NCBI GenBank assembly: GCA_964291315.2
Contig: OZ219753.1
Coordinates: 2,368,001 to 2,432,000, forward strand
DNA from: Candidatus Poribacteria bacterium
GTDB taxonomy: Bacteria > Poribacteria > WGA-4E > WGA-3G
DNA: 64,000 nt
Direction: 5' to 3'
In this document: one piece after another, positions 8,328 to 18,990 of the stretch
How the letters are laid out: each line of letters opens with the position of its first letter
How positions within the stretch are numbered: position 1 is the first letter of the stretch
The notes under the pieces: generated by a model
Databases searched by the model: none
Told to the model about the DNA's origin: nothing
Seen by the model: only the letters and a program-made list of their open reading frames with translations
Position numbers and translations under genes: made by a program

Positions 8328-9864
8328 TTATCTGACCCGCCACGTGTCTGGCGAATGCGGCTATAGTCAACATCGGAGGCACCCCAACGGAGGTTGGAAA
8401 GAGACTCGCGTCGGCGACAAACAGACCACTCACTGCATGCGACTCCCCGGAGAGTTTGACGACGGCATCGTGTCGATTTTCACCCATCTGAAGCGTGCCT
8501 TGCGGGTGACTTGAAGCCAACGTGATGTCATTCGGCACGATGCCGCGTTGGCGGATAATCTCAAGCTCCTTCTCTGTTTTGATAGGAAGATGTTGTGTGT
8601 AGGGCATCAGAATTTCTGTTGCACCTGCAGCAAAAAGAAGCCGCGCGGCATTGATCGCCCCTTCTACAAGCACCTTTTTGTCCGAGCGTCGCAACCGGTA
8701 TGAAATACTGGGGGCGCCCTTATGATCTATTGATACGCGCCCGGTTGTTCTGTCGTGTAAAAGAACAAGCAGCGCAGCGATCTGTCGATACCGTTCCATC
8801 AATTCTCTATGGACGTTCCCAAACCCCGGCAAGCTCGCCGCAACTATCATCTCTGAACCGAAAGCCGGCATGAGCAGGTAACCACTATCCGGGTAGCGTC
8901 TTAAGTCAAGAAACTGATCGATATAGTAGCTTTGTGGAATACCGATATGTCCATCGACGGTCTCATCGAAAATACCGCCGACAAAAACAGCAGGATGCAA
9001 ATGGAGGTTCCGGCCTACTCGTCGATTCGCATTCGGGAGCCGACTTTTTAACCAGAGTTGCGGCGAATTAATCGCGCCGGCGGCTAATACGACCACCTTG
9101 CTTTGAACGTGCAATTTGCCCGAGGGCAGTTGTGCCGAGACCCCTACAGCCCTTCTCGACTTCACATGGATCTGTTCTGCTATGCAGTTGCTATAGAGTC
9201 GTGCACCCTCCGCAAGCGCCAAGGGCATGTATGTAACCGCCATGCTCTGCTTGCCTATTCTTCTTGTAGGATGCGTCTGAATCGATGTGGAAGCGGGGCA
9301 CCCAAACAGACATCTTGCACCGCACACAGTGCAGGCACCGCGGTTGTGTCTCTGCAGTCTACCACGCCATCGCATCGCTTCACATCCACGACGGATGACG
9401 TTATTTAATCCGTTCACATCTGTCTCTTCCATCTGTGTAACCCCGAGGATTTGCTCCACCGGGGCGAAGTGATGCCATAACTCTGGAACCCGCCATCTAT
9501 GGAGCACCGCTTGTGGGAGTCGAACCGCATAGCAGAGATTGTGCACGGTTGAACCGCCGACACCTCGCCCTTGGGAGATAACGATCCCGCCGTCCCGTGT
9601 AGATCGCAGCCCGTCGTCCCAGAAGAGACGGTGGAGCATCTCTGGCTCATACGCACCAAAGGTGCTCGGCTCGTTATCTTCGCCGGCTTCTAAAATGATT
9701 ACCGAGAGTCCTGCTTCCGCAAGTTCCTTTGCGACAACTGCACCGCCAGCCCCGGAACCGATAACGCACACGTCGGCAACCTCTTGCTGCTCTATCTTCT
9801 TCTTACCTAATGAAGCCCGCACAGTGTCAGTGATGCTGGAAATTCGAGATTGAGGTTTATTCAT
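8308..9864 (-). CDS. GMC family FAD oxidoreductase
   Basis: VIGSGAGG, GRGVGGST, LAAGAINSPQL, HPQGT and VADASLFPT motifs. Confidence 0.85.
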   Translation of the reverse strand: MNKPQSRISSITDTVRASLGKKKIEQQEVADVCVIGSGAGGAVVAKELAEAGLSVIILEAGEDNEPSTFGAYEPEMLHRLFWDDGLRSTRDGGIVISQGRGVGGSTVHNLCYAVRLPQAVLHRWRVPELWHHFAPVEQILGVTQMEETDVNGLNNVIRRGCEAMRWRGRLQRHNRGACTVCGARCLFGCPASTSIQTHPTRRIGKQSMAVTYMPLALAEGARLYSNCIAEQIHVKSRRAVGVSAQLPSGKLHVQSKVVVLAAGAINSPQLWLKSRLPNANRRVGRNLHLHPAVFVGGIFDETVDGHIGIPQSYYIDQFLDLRRYPDSGYLLMPAFGSEMIVAASLPGFGNVHRELMERYRQIAALLVLLHDRTTGRVSIDHKGAPSISYRLRRSDKKVLVEGAINAARLLFAAGATEILMPYTQHLPIKTEKELEIIRQRGIVPNDITLASSHPQGTLQMGENRHDAVVKLSGESHAVSGLFVADASLFPTSVGVPPMLTIAAFARHVAGQIIESGIV

Positions 9865-9967
9865 AACACGCTACTATTATTTAATAGACTTCCTTTCCTT
9901 TTTATGATAGCATATTCTCCTAGATCCATCAACCTACGACATGTTGAGAGATAAAGGAGAAGATTAA

Positions 9968-10996
9968 ATGAAAAAAGTTAAAGTAGGTATTATTGGGTGT
10001 GGCGGTATTGCCGGCGGCAAACACCTCCCCGGCCATCAGAAAGTCGAAGATGTTTCCATTATCGCGGCTTGCGATATTGACGAAGCGCGCGCAAAGGCGT
10101 TCGCTAAGAAACACGACATCCCCTACGTTTTCAGCAATTACGAAGAATTGACTGAAATGGATGAACTCGATGCAGTAAGCGTCTGTACACCGAATAACTT
10201 CCACGCGGCACCAACTATTGCTGCTTTAAATGCTGGCAAACACGTTATCTGTGAAAAACCGATTGCCGCGAATGCAAGAGACGGGCAAGCGATGGTAGAT
10301 GCACAAAAAGCCAGTGGGAAAGTGCTACAGATCGGGCTACAATCTCGATTTCGCGATGCATCACGTACCTTGAGAAAACACTATGATGACGGGTTTTTTG
10401 GCGACATCTACTATGCCCGAGCAGTGGCTATGCGCCGCCGCGGGGTACCCGCCTCACCATCGTTTCTCAGCAAAGCCATCGCCGGCGGCGGGCCACTGAT
10501 TGATATCGGGGTGCACATTCTTGATGTCTTGCTTTGGATGATCGGTTGCCCGAAACCGGTCGAAGCGTTCGGGATGACAACTCAGCGGTTTGGACACAAA
10601 GAGAACGTTATCAACCCCTGGGGCAAGTGGAACCCTGAAGAATTTGAGGTAGAAGATTTTGCGATGGGGACAATCCGTTTTGAAGGCGGGTTGACGGTTA
10701 CCCTAGAGACCGCATGGGCATCCCACATTGAGAACATCGGCGGCACTTTCTTCATGGGAGACTTAGCCGGAGCCACTTATGAACCCCTGCAGATTTACAG
10801 AGACAAGAAAGATGAGATGGTAAATTATAAACCGAAACTCCTCACCGGTTTGCCAGGCGAATTTGAATCATTCCACAAAGCCGTTCGGGAAGGATTACCC
10901 TCTCCGGTACCAGCGGAAGAAGTACTAAACGTAGCAAAAATCTTCGACGCAATCTATGAATCTGCTCGGATAGGACGTTCCGTACCTATCGAATAG
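9968..10996 (+). CDS. Gfo/Idh/MocA family oxidoreductase
   Basis: GIIGCGGIA, CEKP and GGGPLIDIGVH motifs. Confidence 0.9.
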   Translation: MKKVKVGIIGCGGIAGGKHLPGHQKVEDVSIIAACDIDEARAKAFAKKHDIPYVFSNYEELTEMDELDAVSVCTPNNFHAAPTIAALNAGKHVICEKPIAANARDGQAMVDAQKASGKVLQIGLQSRFRDASRTLRKHYDDGFFGDIYYARAVAMRRRGVPASPSFLSKAIAGGGPLIDIGVHILDVLLWMIGCPKPVEAFGMTTQRFGHKENVINPWGKWNPEEFEVEDFAMGTIRFEGGLTVTLETAWASHIENIGGTFFMGDLAGATYEPLQIYRDKKDEMVNYKPKLLTGLPGEFESFHKAVREGLPSPVPAEEVLNVAKIFDAIYESARIGRSVPIE

Positions 10997-11022
10997 CGTT
11001 GATCTCTCTCATTCAAGCGCGT

Positions 11023-11048
11023 GTAGGCGCGTTCGCAGAGCGCGCCTA
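11023..11048. repeat. REP-like palindrome between convergent genes; similar copy at 26746-26769
   Basis: gTAGGCGCG-ttcgcagag-CGCGCCTA; second copy taggcgcgtttttcaagcgcacct. Confidence 0.4.
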
Positions 11049-11450
11049 TTCTCGTGGCGGTTTCTCGTAAGTTGATCGCACAACTGTTTTGATACCGCCA
11101 CGAATGTTAAAAGTACCAACCACACCTGCCCTTCGGGGGCGACACGCCTCTACAAAATCCTCAAGCACCTTGTTGACTACATGTTCGTGAAAAATGCCGA
11201 TATCCCGGTAGAAGAGAAAATACTCCTTCAACGATTTCAGTTCGACACAGTCCCGGTGTGGCACATAGGTGATGCAGAGGGTCGCAAAATCCGGCAGTCC
11301 CGTTTTCGGACATACCGCAGTAAATTCTAAGTTGGTAATCTCGATTGTATAATCTCGGTCACTGTACTGATTTTCCCATGTCTCTATTGGCGGTGTTTTC
11401 AGCTGACGAATATGGGTTTGTAAGTGATCATAGTCGGTTGCTTGTTTCAT
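11046..11450 (-). CDS. queF: NADPH-dependent 7-cyano-7-deazaguanine reductase (preQ1 synthase)
   Basis: EFTAVCPKTGLPDFA, ELKSLKEY and FHEH motifs. Confidence 0.92.
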   Translation of the reverse strand: MKQATDYDHLQTHIRQLKTPPIETWENQYSDRDYTIEITNLEFTAVCPKTGLPDFATLCITYVPHRDCVELKSLKEYFLFYRDIGIFHEHVVNKVLEDFVEACRPRRAGVVGTFNIRGGIKTVVRSTYEKPPRE

Positions 11451-11490
11451 TCTTCACGTTCCCCCCCCCGTTTTTCTTCTGAATACTCGG

Positions 11491-12387
11491 CTAAACAGCG
11501 GTATGGTCGGGCGGCACCTTGGCGAGGACGAAGCGATCTTTCTTAGCATAGTCTTTGCGGAATTCATACACGGCATAGGCGGTTTCGGCATCCATGAGGG
11601 CGCGAACAGACTCGGCCTGTGTATCACCGATCTCAAAGAGTAGTTTTCCGTTGGGTGCCAGATGTTCCGGTGCTTCCACAATTAATCGGCGAATCACAGC
11701 TAGACCATCGTCGCCTGCAAAAAGAGCAACCTCGGGTTCATAGTCCCGGACATCTGGGCTCAGGTTGACTCGTTCCACGTTCTTAATATACGGTGGGTTA
11801 CAGACGATCCAATCAAATTGTCGCTCCTCAGGACTGTCTAGCATCCGTATCGGTTCAAACAGGTCCCCGGCCATGAACGTAATCTGTTCAGTACATGCAT
11901 GTGTCTCGGCATTCTGCCTTGCAACTGTGAGGGCGGGTTCAGATATATCGGTGGCAACGACAGTCCACTCTGGTCGTTGTACTGCAAGCCCGGTAGCGAC
12001 AGCGCCACTCCCGGTGCCAAGTTCAAGCAATCGCTGCGGTGTACTCGCTTTTGTTGCTAGCACCGTTTCGACGAGCTGTTCAGTTTCCGGCCTAGGAATG
12101 AGGACCCGTTCATCAACGTAGAAGTCTAGGGACAGAAATTCTTTTCGGTGTGTCAGATAACTAACAGGGGTGTGCTCAATCCGTTTTTTAATCAGTTCTC
12201 GAAATGAGTTGAGATGTTCTTGGAGGACCGGCATTTCAAAATGGAGATAGAGTTGCAGCCGCGTTTTGCTTAACAGATGACCGAGCAGCACTTCAGCGTC
12301 CAACCTCGGGTTTGGAATCCCGTGCTGTTTGAAATATTCAGAGGTCCAGTCGAGCAAATCCAAGACACGCCATATCTTCTTAGACAT
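11491..12387 (-). CDS. prmC: Release factor glutamine methyltransferase
   Basis: VLIPRPETE, ELGTGSG and NPPY motifs; follows prfA. Confidence 0.95.
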   Translation of the reverse strand: MSKKIWRVLDLLDWTSEYFKQHGIPNPRLDAEVLLGHLLSKTRLQLYLHFEMPVLQEHLNSFRELIKKRIEHTPVSYLTHRKEFLSLDFYVDERVLIPRPETEQLVETVLATKASTPQRLLELGTGSGAVATGLAVQRPEWTVVATDISEPALTVARQNAETHACTEQITFMAGDLFEPIRMLDSPEERQFDWIVCNPPYIKNVERVNLSPDVRDYEPEVALFAGDDGLAVIRRLIVEAPEHLAPNGKLLFEIGDTQAESVRALMDAETAYAVYEFRKDYAKKDRFVLAKVPPDHTAV

Positions 12388-12415
12388 GATTTAATATTTC
12401 CTTAGTGGGCGTGTA

Positions 12416-13483
12416 TCAAGTCTCGTCCAGTTTCTCTGTGTGATCGGCAGTTGTCAACTGATCGATAAATACCTGTAAGTCCCCATCTAGGACCGAGTCT
12501 AATTGATAGGAACTGAATTGGATTCGGTGGTCTGTGATGCGGGATTGCGGGAAATTGTAGGTGCGGATCTTCTCGCTCCTGTCTCCACTTCCGACCATTG
12601 ATCGACGTGTTTCGGCTCTTTCACTGTTAAGTTCAGCCTGTTTTTGATCGTGGAGGCGGGCCCGGAGAATCTTCATCGCCTTGGATCGATTCTTGTGCTG
12701 AGATTTTTCATCTTGACACGTTACAACCAGCCCTGTTGGAATGTGTGTAATGCGGATCGCTGAATCGGTTGTGTTAACGCTCTGCCCGCCTGGCCCCGAG
12801 GAGCGATACGTGTCAATCCGCAATTCAGTTGCTTCATCGATGGCTAGGTCAAGTTTTTCTGCTTCGGGCAGCACGGCTACCGTTGCGGCTGAAGTGTGAA
12901 TGCGCCCGCTGGTTTCCGTGGCTGGAATCCGCTGCACCCGATGAATGCCGCCCTCATATTTCAGTTGACTGTATGCGCCTGCCCCCTCGATTGAGAAGAT
13001 GATCTCTTTGAATCCTTTTAGCCCAGTCGCATTTGCGTTAAGAATTTCGAGTTTCCAATGTCGCCGCTCCGCGTATCGGGTGTACATCCGGAATAGCTCC
13101 GCGGCGAAAAGACTCGCCTCTTCGCCGCCGGTCCCCGCTCGAATCTCGATGAGAACGTTTTTTTCATCGTTCGGGTCTTTCGGAATTAGCAGCAGCTTCA
13201 GCGCCGCCGTTAACTCTTCCTTTTGCACCGTGAGCGTTTCCAATTCTTCTTCTGCTAAGGCAACTACTTCTGCATCCGTTTCCGATTCTATCATAAGCAG
13301 CGTCTCTTTGAGTGCCGATTCTAAATGTCGGTACTCCTGATACGCAGATACAATAGGCGAAAGTTCAGCGTGTGTTTTCGATAATTCTATGAGTCGTTGT
13401 TGATTTGAAATTTGCACCGGATCGCCGAGCGCCCTTTCAACTTCGACATATTTAGTTTCGATATCTCTGAGTTTTTCAAACAT
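12416..13483 (-). CDS. prfA: Peptide chain release factor 1
   Basis: GGQ motif, PAT (PxT) specificity motif, RTYNFPQ. Confidence 0.97.
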   Translation of the reverse strand: MFEKLRDIETKYVEVERALGDPVQISNQQRLIELSKTHAELSPIVSAYQEYRHLESALKETLLMIESETDAEVVALAEEELETLTVQKEELTAALKLLLIPKDPNDEKNVLIEIRAGTGGEEASLFAAELFRMYTRYAERRHWKLEILNANATGLKGFKEIIFSIEGAGAYSQLKYEGGIHRVQRIPATETSGRIHTSAATVAVLPEAEKLDLAIDEATELRIDTYRSSGPGGQSVNTTDSAIRITHIPTGLVVTCQDEKSQHKNRSKAMKILRARLHDQKQAELNSERAETRRSMVGSGDRSEKIRTYNFPQSRITDHRIQFSSYQLDSVLDGDLQVFIDQLTTADHTEKLDET

Positions 13484-13600
13484 TTTTTAACACCGTTTAT
13501 AGGCCGCAGTCTGCTATTCGCTGTTGAAAATAAAAGACGTTATCTTTATTTCGTAGAGACCACCTTGTGCCTGTTGTTCGGTTCTTGTTAGGCAATGTTT

Positions 13601-13816
13601 CTACGTTTTGTCTTCGCTAAGTCCATAGCGTCGACGGAAACTTTCAACGCGCCCGGCAGTGTCAATAAAACGTGCCTGCTGCCCGGTGTAGAACGGATGA
13701 CACTTCCCACAAATATCAACTCGCATCGTCGGTTGAATCGCGAGTGTTTCATGGGTCGCGCCACAGACGCATGTGATAACGCATTCTACCATTTCGGGGT
13801 GAATTTCGAGTTTCAT
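13601..13816 (-). CDS. rpmE: 50S ribosomal protein L31 (Zn-binding type)
   Basis: [22 protein letters not shown]. Confidence 0.97.
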   Translation of the reverse strand: MKLEIHPEMVECVITCVCGATHETLAIQPTMRVDICGKCHPFYTGQQARFIDTAGRVESFRRRYGLSEDKT

Positions 13817-13943
13817 GGTTTCCTTAGTTTCCTTTCTTTAATTTTTGGCTATCGGAATTACGGGTCCGTTATTCCGTTAGAACGTTTTCAATATTCTTGT
13901 GTGTATGCTTTTCAAGATGCCCGCGGGACATGTGGGAGCACAC

Positions 13944-15272
13944 TTACCGTTTCATACGCACACTGTTTCTGGCAGATGCCCCGCTGTAGTCAGCGTTATC
14001 GACCATCCGTTCGAGAAACTTTTCGTTCGTAGTATTTTTACCGAGTTGTTCAACGAGCATTTCCAACGCCTCCGCGCTATCCATCTGGCTTGTGAACCTC
14101 CGCAGCACCCAAACCTTATTAAGCACTCCAGGAGCTAACAGGAGTTCTTCGCGTCGTGTTTTGGATTTTTCAAGGTTAATGGATGGAAAAATTCGGCGAT
14201 CCAGCAAGGAACGTTCAAGATGTATCTCCATGTTAGCCGTTCCTTTGAATTCTTCGTAGATCGCCTCGTCTCCACGGCTCTCAGTACCTACGAGAACTGA
14301 TGCTATAATTGTAAGGCTGCCGCCCTCTTCAAATTTACGGGCTGCACCGCAGAATTGGCGTGGTTTCACAAGTCCCATCGCATCTAATCCGCCCGTTAAC
14401 GTTTTACCGCTCGGGGGCGCTGTCAAATTGTAGGCCCGTGCAAGCCGCGTCAGACTGTCTAAGAGGATGATAACATCTTTTCCGTACTCAGCCCACCGTT
14501 TCGCTTTCTCAACTGCCATTTCAGCAACCTGGATGTGTCGTTCTGGGTACTCATCGAACGTTGAACTAATGACTTCTCCTTTGACAGAGCGCGCCACATC
14601 TGTGACCTCTTCTGGGCGTTCGTCAATCAGGAGAAAGATCAGCGAGACCTCAGGATGATTGGCTTCAATGCCAGCAGCAATATTCTTCAAAAGTGTAGTT
14701 TTGCCGCTGTATGGCGGGGCAACGATTAGGCCACGTTGTCCTTTGCCGATAGGTGCCATCAAATCCACCATACGCGTCGCGAATTCCGAGGCGTTGTGCT
14801 CTAGCTTCAGTTGTTGGTGTGGATAGATAGGCGTGAGATTATCGAAGAGGATTTTCCGTTTCGCGGCTTCCGGTTTTTCCCCGTTGACCTTCTCGATCTG
14901 TAACATGGCGAAGTAGCGTTCCGCTTTGTTTTCCGTCTTTTTGGGTGGACGGATCACACCTTCAACGACATGCCCCGTCTGCAAATCAAACCTTCGAATT
15001 TGCGATGAAGATACGTAGATGTCTTCACTGCTTTGCAGATAATTGGAACGCGGTGAGCGGAGGAAACCGTAGTGTTGATCTCTGTCGTCTAATATTTCTA
15101 GAACGCCCCCACCATAAAATTGGGTATCGCCCTCAGATTTTGCCTCTATGATTTCGTTAATCAATTCCTCTTTCCGAAACCCGGTGTGTTCGCCTATCCC
15201 GAGTGTCAGCGCAAAGTCTTTGAGTTCCGAGAACTCCATTTCTTGGAGCTTGCCAAGGTCCAAGCTCTCCAT
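13944..15272 (-). CDS. rho: Transcription termination factor Rho
   Basis: YGFLR, DIYVSSSQIRRF, PIGKGQRGLIVAPP..GKT, LLDSLTRLARAYN. Confidence 0.98.
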   Translation of the reverse strand: MESLDLGKLQEMEFSELKDFALTLGIGEHTGFRKEELINEIIEAKSEGDTQFYGGGVLEILDDRDQHYGFLRSPRSNYLQSSEDIYVSSSQIRRFDLQTGHVVEGVIRPPKKTENKAERYFAMLQIEKVNGEKPEAAKRKILFDNLTPIYPHQQLKLEHNASEFATRMVDLMAPIGKGQRGLIVAPPYSGKTTLLKNIAAGIEANHPEVSLIFLLIDERPEEVTDVARSVKGEVISSTFDEYPERHIQVAEMAVEKAKRWAEYGKDVIILLDSLTRLARAYNLTAPPSGKTLTGGLDAMGLVKPRQFCGAARKFEEGGSLTIIASVLVGTESRGDEAIYEEFKGTANMEIHLERSLLDRRIFPSINLEKSKTRREELLLAPGVLNKVWVLRRFTSQMDSAEALEMLVEQLGKNTTNEKFLERMVDNADYSGASARNSVRMKR

Positions 15273-15985
15273 AATTTCTTATACTCCTCATTGTCCCCAG
15301 TTCCAAAATAGTCAGTGCACCGTGGTGTTTATCTGACCTCCCGCTGTCTCTTTTATTCCCAGCTATACCCATAGTATTTGCAAAATCTGATTGCAATTTC
15401 AGAACTATAGCTGATGTGGAATACGAAAGAAGAGGTTAAAAATGGAATTAGGGTAATCCTATAGAATAATTGACTGAAATTGATTTCTATCGCTTTCGGC
15501 ATACGATTGAAAACCGCATTTACCGGGTTCCCTAAGCTCACTATCGTTAGTAATTAGTAAGGTCGTCTAGGGGTTAATGCACGAAAACCGGGGGTTCCTA
15601 TAAAGCAGGTAAGCTAACATTTCTTAGGTTAACACACGAGAAATTATCATTGACGTACGCAACGCGGCACATTCAGAATATGCAAGGTATCGTAGGTATT
15701 GATGGAGTAGGTGCAGTGTTGCCCGCGGAAATGCCGTCTGTATGGCTGCTGCGCGACGCATGCGAATCGGCGGTTTCTACCTAAAGTTAAAGATGCCTCT
15801 TTTGGGTTTTTCATACTCGGAAAACAGATCGAAGCCGGTGTTTTATCTCATGTATAACAACCGTGACCTTATTTTTCCTCAAAGCACGCTTTTCTCAGCA
15901 GCTTGCGCTGTTTTGTGAGGTAAAGCCTATGAATAGAATTCTTAAAGCGTGCTTCCCGTTAGGAAGTTAAGAACCTTAATTGTTA

Positions 15986-16014
15986 ATTATACCTAATTAA
16001 CTTAAAAACGTCAA
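15986..16014 (-). promoter_or_regulatory. sigma70-like promoter about 710 nt upstream of rho
   Basis: TTGACG-N17-TATAAT. Confidence 0.7.
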
Positions 16015-16082
16015 GTTTTTTTCAAAAAACGTTTTTCTCAACGATTTATGTATCCGCACGGTTGAAAAACTGAGCATTTAAC

Positions 16083-18065
16083 TTATTCATCGCCTCGGTT
16101 TTTCAATGTTTCAAGCCGATGCCGGACGTTCTGGTTATTCTGGTTGTTTGTCAGATAACTTTGCCAAAGGGCAATTGCATCGTCATCATATCCTTGTGAA
16201 ACATAGTAATCGCCGAGGGCTATCAGCGCGATGTCAGATATGGGGTTTTTCTCAATTGATGTTTTAAATTCAGCAACCGCAGTTTCTGTATCGCCAGCGA
16301 GAAGAGCCAATTCACCTCTACCGTAAGGTATCAGATCATGTCCAGGGTATTCTGTTTCCAATGCCACAATCATTTTTTCTGCTTCTTCTGCTTTATTTAG
16401 ATGATGGGTTGCGCGTGCAGCGAGAATAGTTGCATAGACTATCTGATTACGGAGTTTTCGCTTCTCGGTGTCGTTCTCTGATTTGCCAAGTAGTCGTTTT
16501 GCTGTGCGAGCCGCAGCTCTATATTTCGCGCGGGATTGGACGTAGTTGCCGTACTTATAAGTGAGATCCCCGAGCGTTTTTGAACCGATATAGGAGTCGC
16601 CCTTCTGATCGACCAGGTCCTGAAATATTGCGGCAGCCTTCCGGTCCTTCAATCGATAGTGAAGTACTTCTGCAAGACTTTGCAGCGCATCCATATTCTG
16701 CGGGTTCGCCGCCACTGACCGTTCAAGAGCTTCACGTTCCTTTTCAGGCTGCTCCAGCTTCTTGTGCACTAATGCAATGAGCCAGTAAATCTCGGAATCC
16801 CTGCTGCGCACCAGCCCAACAACAGAATTATATGTTTCCAATGCCTGCTCATAGGATTCAGAAGTGTAGTGGTTGCGTCCCGTATCAATAACCGCTTGAA
16901 TGACGGTGCCATCTCGGCGGGTCGCTTGTTTGAGTACCTCTTTTGCCCGTTGATGCATCCCGACTTTTCGATAGCAAATTGAGAGGCGGAGGTAAGCGTA
17001 CGGGTCGATTTTTGCTTTTGCAGCTTCGGCGCGTGCGATTGCATCGAAGTATAACGCCCCGGCATCACGGTAGTTTTCATCGCCGTAGAAGAAACTCGCG
17101 ATTGTAAGCTCAGCGTCATAGTAGCTGCCTTGCTCGTCCCCTGAGATTCCGCCTTGACCCCCGAAGTTCCGCATAACTTCTGACGCGCTGATACCGAAAC
17201 CCGAGTCCGCAATTTCAGGATCGCTCCCCATCGCCCGGCTTCTCTCCACGCCGCCGCGCGGCCGGTCTCGTTGACGTGTCGCCTCCAGCTGTGCCAAAGC
17301 TCTACCGTGTTGGGTTGACAGCGGATCATCTGGTTCGGGTATGCTGGCATTGAGTGCAGTTAGTTCCTGCTTGGCTTTCGCGATTTCTTCTTCGGTACCT
17401 TCTATCTTTCCATATCTCTTAACGAGCGATTGGTAGGTACGCTTCGCTTGTTCCTCGTCTTTAAGATGTTCTTTCTGGATTTGCCCTTTACGAACGATGG
17501 CTAACGCGGCACGTTCACTGCGCGGGTTGCGATTCGCGAAATTATCATAAATCTCTATCGCTTGCTCAAAATTCTGTGCATCCTCGAAGCTTTTTGCTAA
17601 CATCAGCTGGGCATTGTGGCTTAATTCCAGATGCGGGAAGCTGTTAACAATCATATCAAATTGGGTTTGGGCACTCTTATAATCTTTTTCGCGATAGTAG
17701 TGCATGCCGAGTTCATAGTATGCCTCAGCTGCTTCGTCACTTTTCGGGGCAGCAGCAATGACAGCCTCATAGCTTTTGATACCTGCTGCCGATTGGTTGA
17801 GATGCTCAATCAACAACGCCGCCATGGCGAGCTGTGCTTTCAGAGCTATTGGCGTACCGGGTTTAGTATCTACAATATTTTGATAAGCCTCAAGCGCACC
17901 CCGGTAATCTTTCTTTACCGCAAGTTCTTCCGCTGAGCGCAGGCCACCGCCAGCGACACATCCGATGTGCGCAACTGCTACCAAAGTAACGACAATTAGG
18001 GCGCAATACTTCATACTTTTAACAGCACGTTTTCGGAAATTGGCAAGATATACCAAGAATTTCAC
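16083..18065 (-). CDS. Tetratricopeptide-repeat protein, probable lipoprotein
   Basis: Hydrophobic N-terminus ending in HIGC; multiple TPR-like helical repeats; AAGGAG RBS before GTG. Confidence 0.75.
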   Translation of the reverse strand: MKFLVYLANFRKRAVKSMKYCALIVVTLVAVAHIGCVAGGGLRSAEELAVKKDYRGALEAYQNIVDTKPGTPIALKAQLAMAALLIEHLNQSAAGIKSYEAVIAAAPKSDEAAEAYYELGMHYYREKDYKSAQTQFDMIVNSFPHLELSHNAQLMLAKSFEDAQNFEQAIEIYDNFANRNPRSERAALAIVRKGQIQKEHLKDEEQAKRTYQSLVKRYGKIEGTEEEIAKAKQELTALNASIPEPDDPLSTQHGRALAQLEATRQRDRPRGGVERSRAMGSDPEIADSGFGISASEVMRNFGGQGGISGDEQGSYYDAELTIASFFYGDENYRDAGALYFDAIARAEAAKAKIDPYAYLRLSICYRKVGMHQRAKEVLKQATRRDGTVIQAVIDTGRNHYTSESYEQALETYNSVVGLVRSRDSEIYWLIALVHKKLEQPEKEREALERSVAANPQNMDALQSLAEVLHYRLKDRKAAAIFQDLVDQKGDSYIGSKTLGDLTYKYGNYVQSRAKYRAAARTAKRLLGKSENDTEKRKLRNQIVYATILAARATHHLNKAEEAEKMIVALETEYPGHDLIPYGRGELALLAGDTETAVAEFKTSIEKNPISDIALIALGDYYVSQGYDDDAIALWQSYLTNNQNNQNVRHRLETLKNRGDE

Positions 18066-18162
18066 GATCTTTCTCCTTATTTTCTTGCTGACTTAACTTG
18101 AACCACCGACGAACATCAGCATCTCAAATACTTTACAGTAACCCAATTTAGAGGCACACACA

Positions 18163-18912
18163 TTAATTCTCTTGACGACTAAACACACGGAAAAGCTTCT
18201 TTATCGGATCGTAGAACTCGTCGACGACGCGCTCTTTAAGCGGGATGATAGCGTTATCGGTAATCGTGATATGCTCCGGACATACCTTTGTACAGCATTT
18301 CGTGATATTACAGTACCCGATACCGTCTGAATCCTTCAATTCTTCCAACCGATTTTCAGTATCAATCGGGTGCATCTCTAAGGAAGCCGCGTAGACGAAA
18401 AACCGCGGTCCGATAAATTCGTCATGAAGGTCATGTTCCCGGAGAACGTGGCAGACATCTTGGCAAAGGAAACACTCAATACACTTCCGAAACTCTTGGA
18501 CATGGTCGATGTCGCCCTGCTCCATCCGCCATGTGCCATCTTCGGCATCCGGGGGCCGCGGCGTAAACGGCTTCATTTTCTTTTTAACTTCAAAGTTCCA
18601 TGATACGTCAGTAACCAGGTCTTTGATGAGCGGGAATGCCCGCATCGGCTCGACTGTAACAGGTTCGTCAAGTGGTAAATCATTGAGACGAGCCATACAC
18701 ATCAATTTCGGCTGCCCGTTGATCTCAGCCGAGCATGACCCACATTTTCCCGCCTTGCAATTCCAGCGCACTGCCAGGTCATTCGCTTGCTCGGCTTGGA
18801 TACGGTGCACAGCGTCTAAGACCACCATACCTTCGGAGACCTCAGTATCGTAATCGACAAATTGAGCACCGTCCGAATTGCCTCGCCAGATTCTAAAAGT
18901 CGCTCTCGCCAT
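18163..18912 (-). CDS. sdhB: Succinate dehydrogenase/fumarate reductase iron-sulfur subunit (Sdh1-type)
   Basis: CKAGKCGSC, CIECFLCQDVC and CNITKCCTKVCP motifs. Confidence 0.92.
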   Translation of the reverse strand: MARATFRIWRGNSDGAQFVDYDTEVSEGMVVLDAVHRIQAEQANDLAVRWNCKAGKCGSCSAEINGQPKLMCMARLNDLPLDEPVTVEPMRAFPLIKDLVTDVSWNFEVKKKMKPFTPRPPDAEDGTWRMEQGDIDHVQEFRKCIECFLCQDVCHVLREHDLHDEFIGPRFFVYAASLEMHPIDTENRLEELKDSDGIGYCNITKCCTKVCPEHITITDNAIIPLKERVVDEFYDPIKKLFRVFSRQEN

Positions 18913-18990
18913 TTTGTGTTCCCTTTTCCGTTTAAGTGATGCCCATGTTTTTTATCAGTAGACAGCCTGTTTTAGATGCCCCCGGATCTG

